In this document: positions 60,454 to 64,000 of the stretch, in pieces
Layout: the number at the start of each line of letters is the position of its first letter
Position numbering within the stretch: position 1 is the stretch's first letter
NCBI GenBank assembly: GCA_043228905.1
Contig: JBHGNT010000001.1
Span: 21,576,001-21,640,000, forward strand
Reading direction: 5' to 3'
Source of the DNA: Azolla caroliniana
Lineage: Eukaryota > Plantae > Polypodiophyta
Length of the DNA stretch: 64,000 nt
Position numbers and translations under genes: made by a program
The notes under the pieces: model-generated
Told to the model about the DNA's origin: nothing
The model's input: only the letters and a program-made list of their open reading frames with translations
The model's database searches: none

Positions 60454-61416
60454 TCTGTCACGGATGAACAATTGGAGATAAAGAGATGGGGAAGTTGATG
60501 AGATAGGGAGATCGAGAAGTTGATGACAATGAGTAAAAATATCTATTCCATGACTGGTGTTGATCTCCTTGATGTTAACAAGGGAGATCTACCCTTTTTA
60601 TACATGTAGTGATGCATGATAAGCATGCTCATGTCAAGTCTTACATACTATAATATCAAGCATACGAATTCTTGCATGCCAAGTCTTACATACTAAGTCT
60701 TACATATTGGGTCTTACATATTGAGTCTTACATACCACTCAAAGGTTTGAAGTCTAAATTTTGTCTAGGAGAAATATATATATACAAGGGCCTAAGGTTC
60801 ACATTGGAGTCGATGTTCATTACAGCTCACTCGAGACGATGTATGAAAGGTAAGGAAATTTGTTTTCGCTAGATTCACTACTAGTCCTCATTGTGTGCAA
60901 AAGTCATTTAGGGCATTAAGATGCTTTTGTAGGTCGTGTTCAAACTCCAAGAGCAAGACAATGTCGTCTACATTGAGTAAGAGACTAGCTTGCATACCCG
61001 CAATGGCTACTCTGTTGCCTCCCTTACAAGCAATAAAATCAGTGATTTCATCAATGTAGATCCCAAAAAGATTCAGTGATAGGGGAAAACCCTGTTTTAC
61101 ACCAATGGTGTTGGTGAAGCAATTGGATAGACCACATGGGCATCTTACGCACCTAGAGACTTGCTCATATAGAGCATAGATGGCCCAAATCATGTCATTT
61201 GGTATCTCAGAGCTTTTAAGCCAATCAAACAACCGCTCCATAGGAACTGTGTCAAAGGCTTTGCGGAAGTCCACAATGCAATAATATAGTTTCTTCTTGC
61301 GAGCCTTCGTCTAGTCAATTAAGCATCTAAGTGTGAAGATATGGTCAATAGTGGAGAAGGCTCGTCTAAAGCTAGCCTGCTCCGTTGCTCGAAGACTTAA
61401 GGTTTCCATATAACCG

Positions 61417-64000
61417 TGTTGGGAATTCGGTCCCTCCGAATGAGAACCGGAGGAGCTGGATTGGACGGGCCGGATGAAGGAATCGGATCCGGAAGGGTTC
61501 TAGATGAGACCTGGAAACCGGATTGAGTGAATCCGGATGGATCCAGTGCAAACCGGATCCAAGGACATATGTGTAAATGTGTTTCATGGTGAGCCCATCG
61601 AGGCTATATTTGTAAATAGCCCAAATGTCATATAAGTATAAATATGACTTAGGGCAATTACTTTAGTAGAGATAGAGTGTGTACACAAAGAGTGTGAGAG
61701 AGAGAGATACATAACTAGTTTTCTGTTGTAACCGCCGGTTCGGCGAAGACATAGAGCTCGAGGTCATTGCCTCTGAGTCTCAAATTGTATTCCTCCCCTT
61801 ATAGTGATACTTGGAGTCCGTGGGCTCCCATGGTTTTTCCTATTTAGGGTTTTCCACGTAAACATCATGTGTCATCTAGGTGTTTGTTTGTTTTTCTTCC
61901 ATTAGTTGTTTAAGACTCGGTTGTGGCTTACTGCTATTTTCCACACAAACTGGTATCAGAGCCAACAACATAGGAAATGGAAGAGTCATTCAGCGGCATG
62001 TTCAAGCTCATCGGCTCCAACTACTCAGTGTGGAAGTCGAAGATGAGGGACATGCTGGTGGTTAAAGATCTTTGGTTGCCGATACAGTTTAAGGACAAGA
62101 AAACAGATAAGATCGATGCCGCGACATGGGAGGTTATGCACATGAAGACGACGTCGTACATCCGGTGCTTCATCGACATGAGCCTGTACAACAACTTCAA
62201 TGAAGAAAGTAAGGCTCATGAACTCTAGGAGAAGATCGGCATCATGTTCCAGAACAAAAATGTAGTTAATCGGGTTTCGGTATTCCGGAAGTTAGTGAGG
62301 CTTCAGTATGGCAGAGCACATGAATACCTTCCAGGGACTAATACACCAAGCCACCTCGTTGGAAGTACCTCTCACGAATGAGGTACTCGCATTGCTCCTG
62401 CTCGGTTCCCTCCCGGATAGTTGGGAGATGTTAGTTGTCATGTTGGGCAACGCCGGGACGGAAGGAAAGCAGTTGTCCCTAACAAGGGTAAAATCAAGCT
62501 TGCTAGATGAAGAAGCTCGTTGAAAGGACCGGGAGTTCGGAACCGACCCGAAGGCCTTGGTTATGGAAGATGACCACAACCGGAGAAGAGGCCGGTATCG
62601 GAGTCCCCAAAACCGGGACAAATCAAGGACGAGGTTGAAGTCAAGGGGGAGGCCTACTTGCTTCTACTGTGGGAAGTCGGGCATTTCTGGAAAGAGAAAG
62701 GAACCGATAGTGCCGATTTGAAGAAGGGTTCGGACCGGAAAGGGTCGGATCGGAAGGGAATGTCGGCAATTGCGACAAGTGAAGAAAAATTGATGCTCAT
62801 TACCGAGGAGAATGAGTTAAACCTTATTTGCGACGAGAAAATGTGGGTTGTCGATTCCGGAGCATCGTTCCATCTGACACCGGACCGAAGATGCTTCTCA
62901 TCCTACACTACCGGAGATCACGATTGTGTCCGGATGGGGAATGAAGGGACCTACCGAATTATCGGCATAGGAGATGTATTGTTGACGACATCAACCGGGT
63001 GCAAGTTGGTGCTGAAGGATGTCTGACACGTTCCGGAGGTTCAGTTGAACCTGATATCAGTCAGTTGGCTAGATGATGAAGGCTACACGGGTAGCATCCG
63101 GAATGGGGTCATGAAGTTCAGCAAGGGAAGCTTGATCATGGCTCAAGCCCGGAAGATCAACACGATGTACATGATGCATGCCCGGATATGCCGGGAAGAA
63201 GTGAACGTAGCATTTGACACTGCCGGTGAGATGTGGCACAAGAGACTATGTCATATGAGCCAAAAGGGGATGAGAAGACTTGCCAAAGACAACCTCATTT
63301 CAGAGGTGAAAGACGTGCATCTTGAGAAGTGCACTGATTTCTTAGCCGGTAAGCAAAACCGAACCTCCTTCCGGTCAAGACCACCAATGAGACGGAATGC
63401 ACCATTGGAGTTGGTGCATACCGATGTGTGTCAAGTGGACACAAATTCACATGCCGGATCGCAGTACTTCATGACGTTCATAGATGACCACAACCGGAAG
63501 CTATGGGTCTCACCATTGAAGATGAAGGATCAGGTGTTGTCTTTCTTCAAGGAACTCCACGCGAGAGTGGAAAGAGAAACCGGTCGGAAGCTAAAAGCAG
63601 TTCGAGCAAATAACGGAGGAGAGTATCGGGGGCAGTTCGAGGAGTATTGTCGGTCAAAGGGAATCCAACTCGAATTCACCGTGCCGAAGACGCCGGAATT
63701 GAACGGATTGGCCGAACGGATGAACCGGACCGTGATGGAGAGAGTCCAGAGCATGCTAGCACATGCAAAGCTACCCAAGACGTTTTAGGTTGAGGCGCTG
63801 ATGACGGCGACGTATGTGATCAACAGATCACCCTCAGCACCCTTGGATGGAGACACACCACAGAGAGTATGGACCGGTAAAGACGTGTCTTACCAACATC
63901 TGAAGGTGTTCAGGTGTCTCGCATATGTGCATGTTGCAAAAGACAAGAGAGCAAAGTTGGATCCGAAATCCCGGCCATGCATATTCCTCGGATACGACGA
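61417..64000 (+). mobile_element. Tnt1/Tork-like copia, 5' part (LTR 61417-~61947, iMet PBS 61951-61962, degenerate gag-PR-INT); runs off the right edge
   Basis: tgttgggaattcggtccc..; TGGTATCAGAGCC; gag from 61977; WVVDSGASFH; INT 63045-63788 (HTDVC, FIDD, NGLAERMNRT). Confidence 0.93.

Larger units (their letters stand above)
54776..60824 (-). mobile_element. Full-length degenerate chromovirus 2 (Tcn1/Tf1-like), TSD CCTCA/GCTCA
   Basis: LTRs 54776-55179 and 60456-60824; PPT ttatcctcccctt 55180-55192; gag, PR, RT, RH, INT, chromodomain. Confidence 0.94.
53770..61416 (-). mobile_element. Degenerate LINE 2 ORF2 (RTE-X-like), split by chromovirus 2 and cut by a copia at 61417
   Basis: DFRKAFDTV/GVKQGFPLS at 60888-61274; YVYLGV ~54710; QLRISSHQVEIENGR..RLCRL..EYHFLCKCP at 53815-53960. 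Confidence 0.88.

Overview
Gene-free eukaryotic heterochromatin made almost entirely of nested retrotransposons. I found no host protein gene, true tRNA/rRNA gene or CRISPR array. Contents: (i) six Ty1/copia copies of a Bryco/RLC5-like type (gag LP.EKLD..N..SW.YKMHQYL), one nested in another; (ii) three Tnt1/Tork-like copia copies plus a solo LTR; (iii) a non-chromovirus Ty3/gypsy element with FLDD RT and a tRNA-Trp PBS (Phygy-like) plus two related LTRs; (iv) two full-length chromoviruses (Tcn1/Tf1-like) with TSDs; (v) two APE-RT LINEs of RTE-X type, one nearly intact and sitting in a (CT)n tract. This lineage mix suggests a non-seed plant such as a moss, possibly (peri)centromeric (inference; lineage names are from motif recognition, not a database search). 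Best leads: both chromoviruses lack a tRNA PBS and carry co-varying 11-12 nt self-primer/PBS pairs plus a third anti-primer copy in U3; two unrelated gypsy lineages carry an outward-facing tRNA-like A/B-box module in U3; the Bryco-like copias have two PPT-like tracts with a Pol C-terminal extension between them; and LINE ORF2 has no AUG before its endonuclease and follows ORF1 in frame after one UAG.
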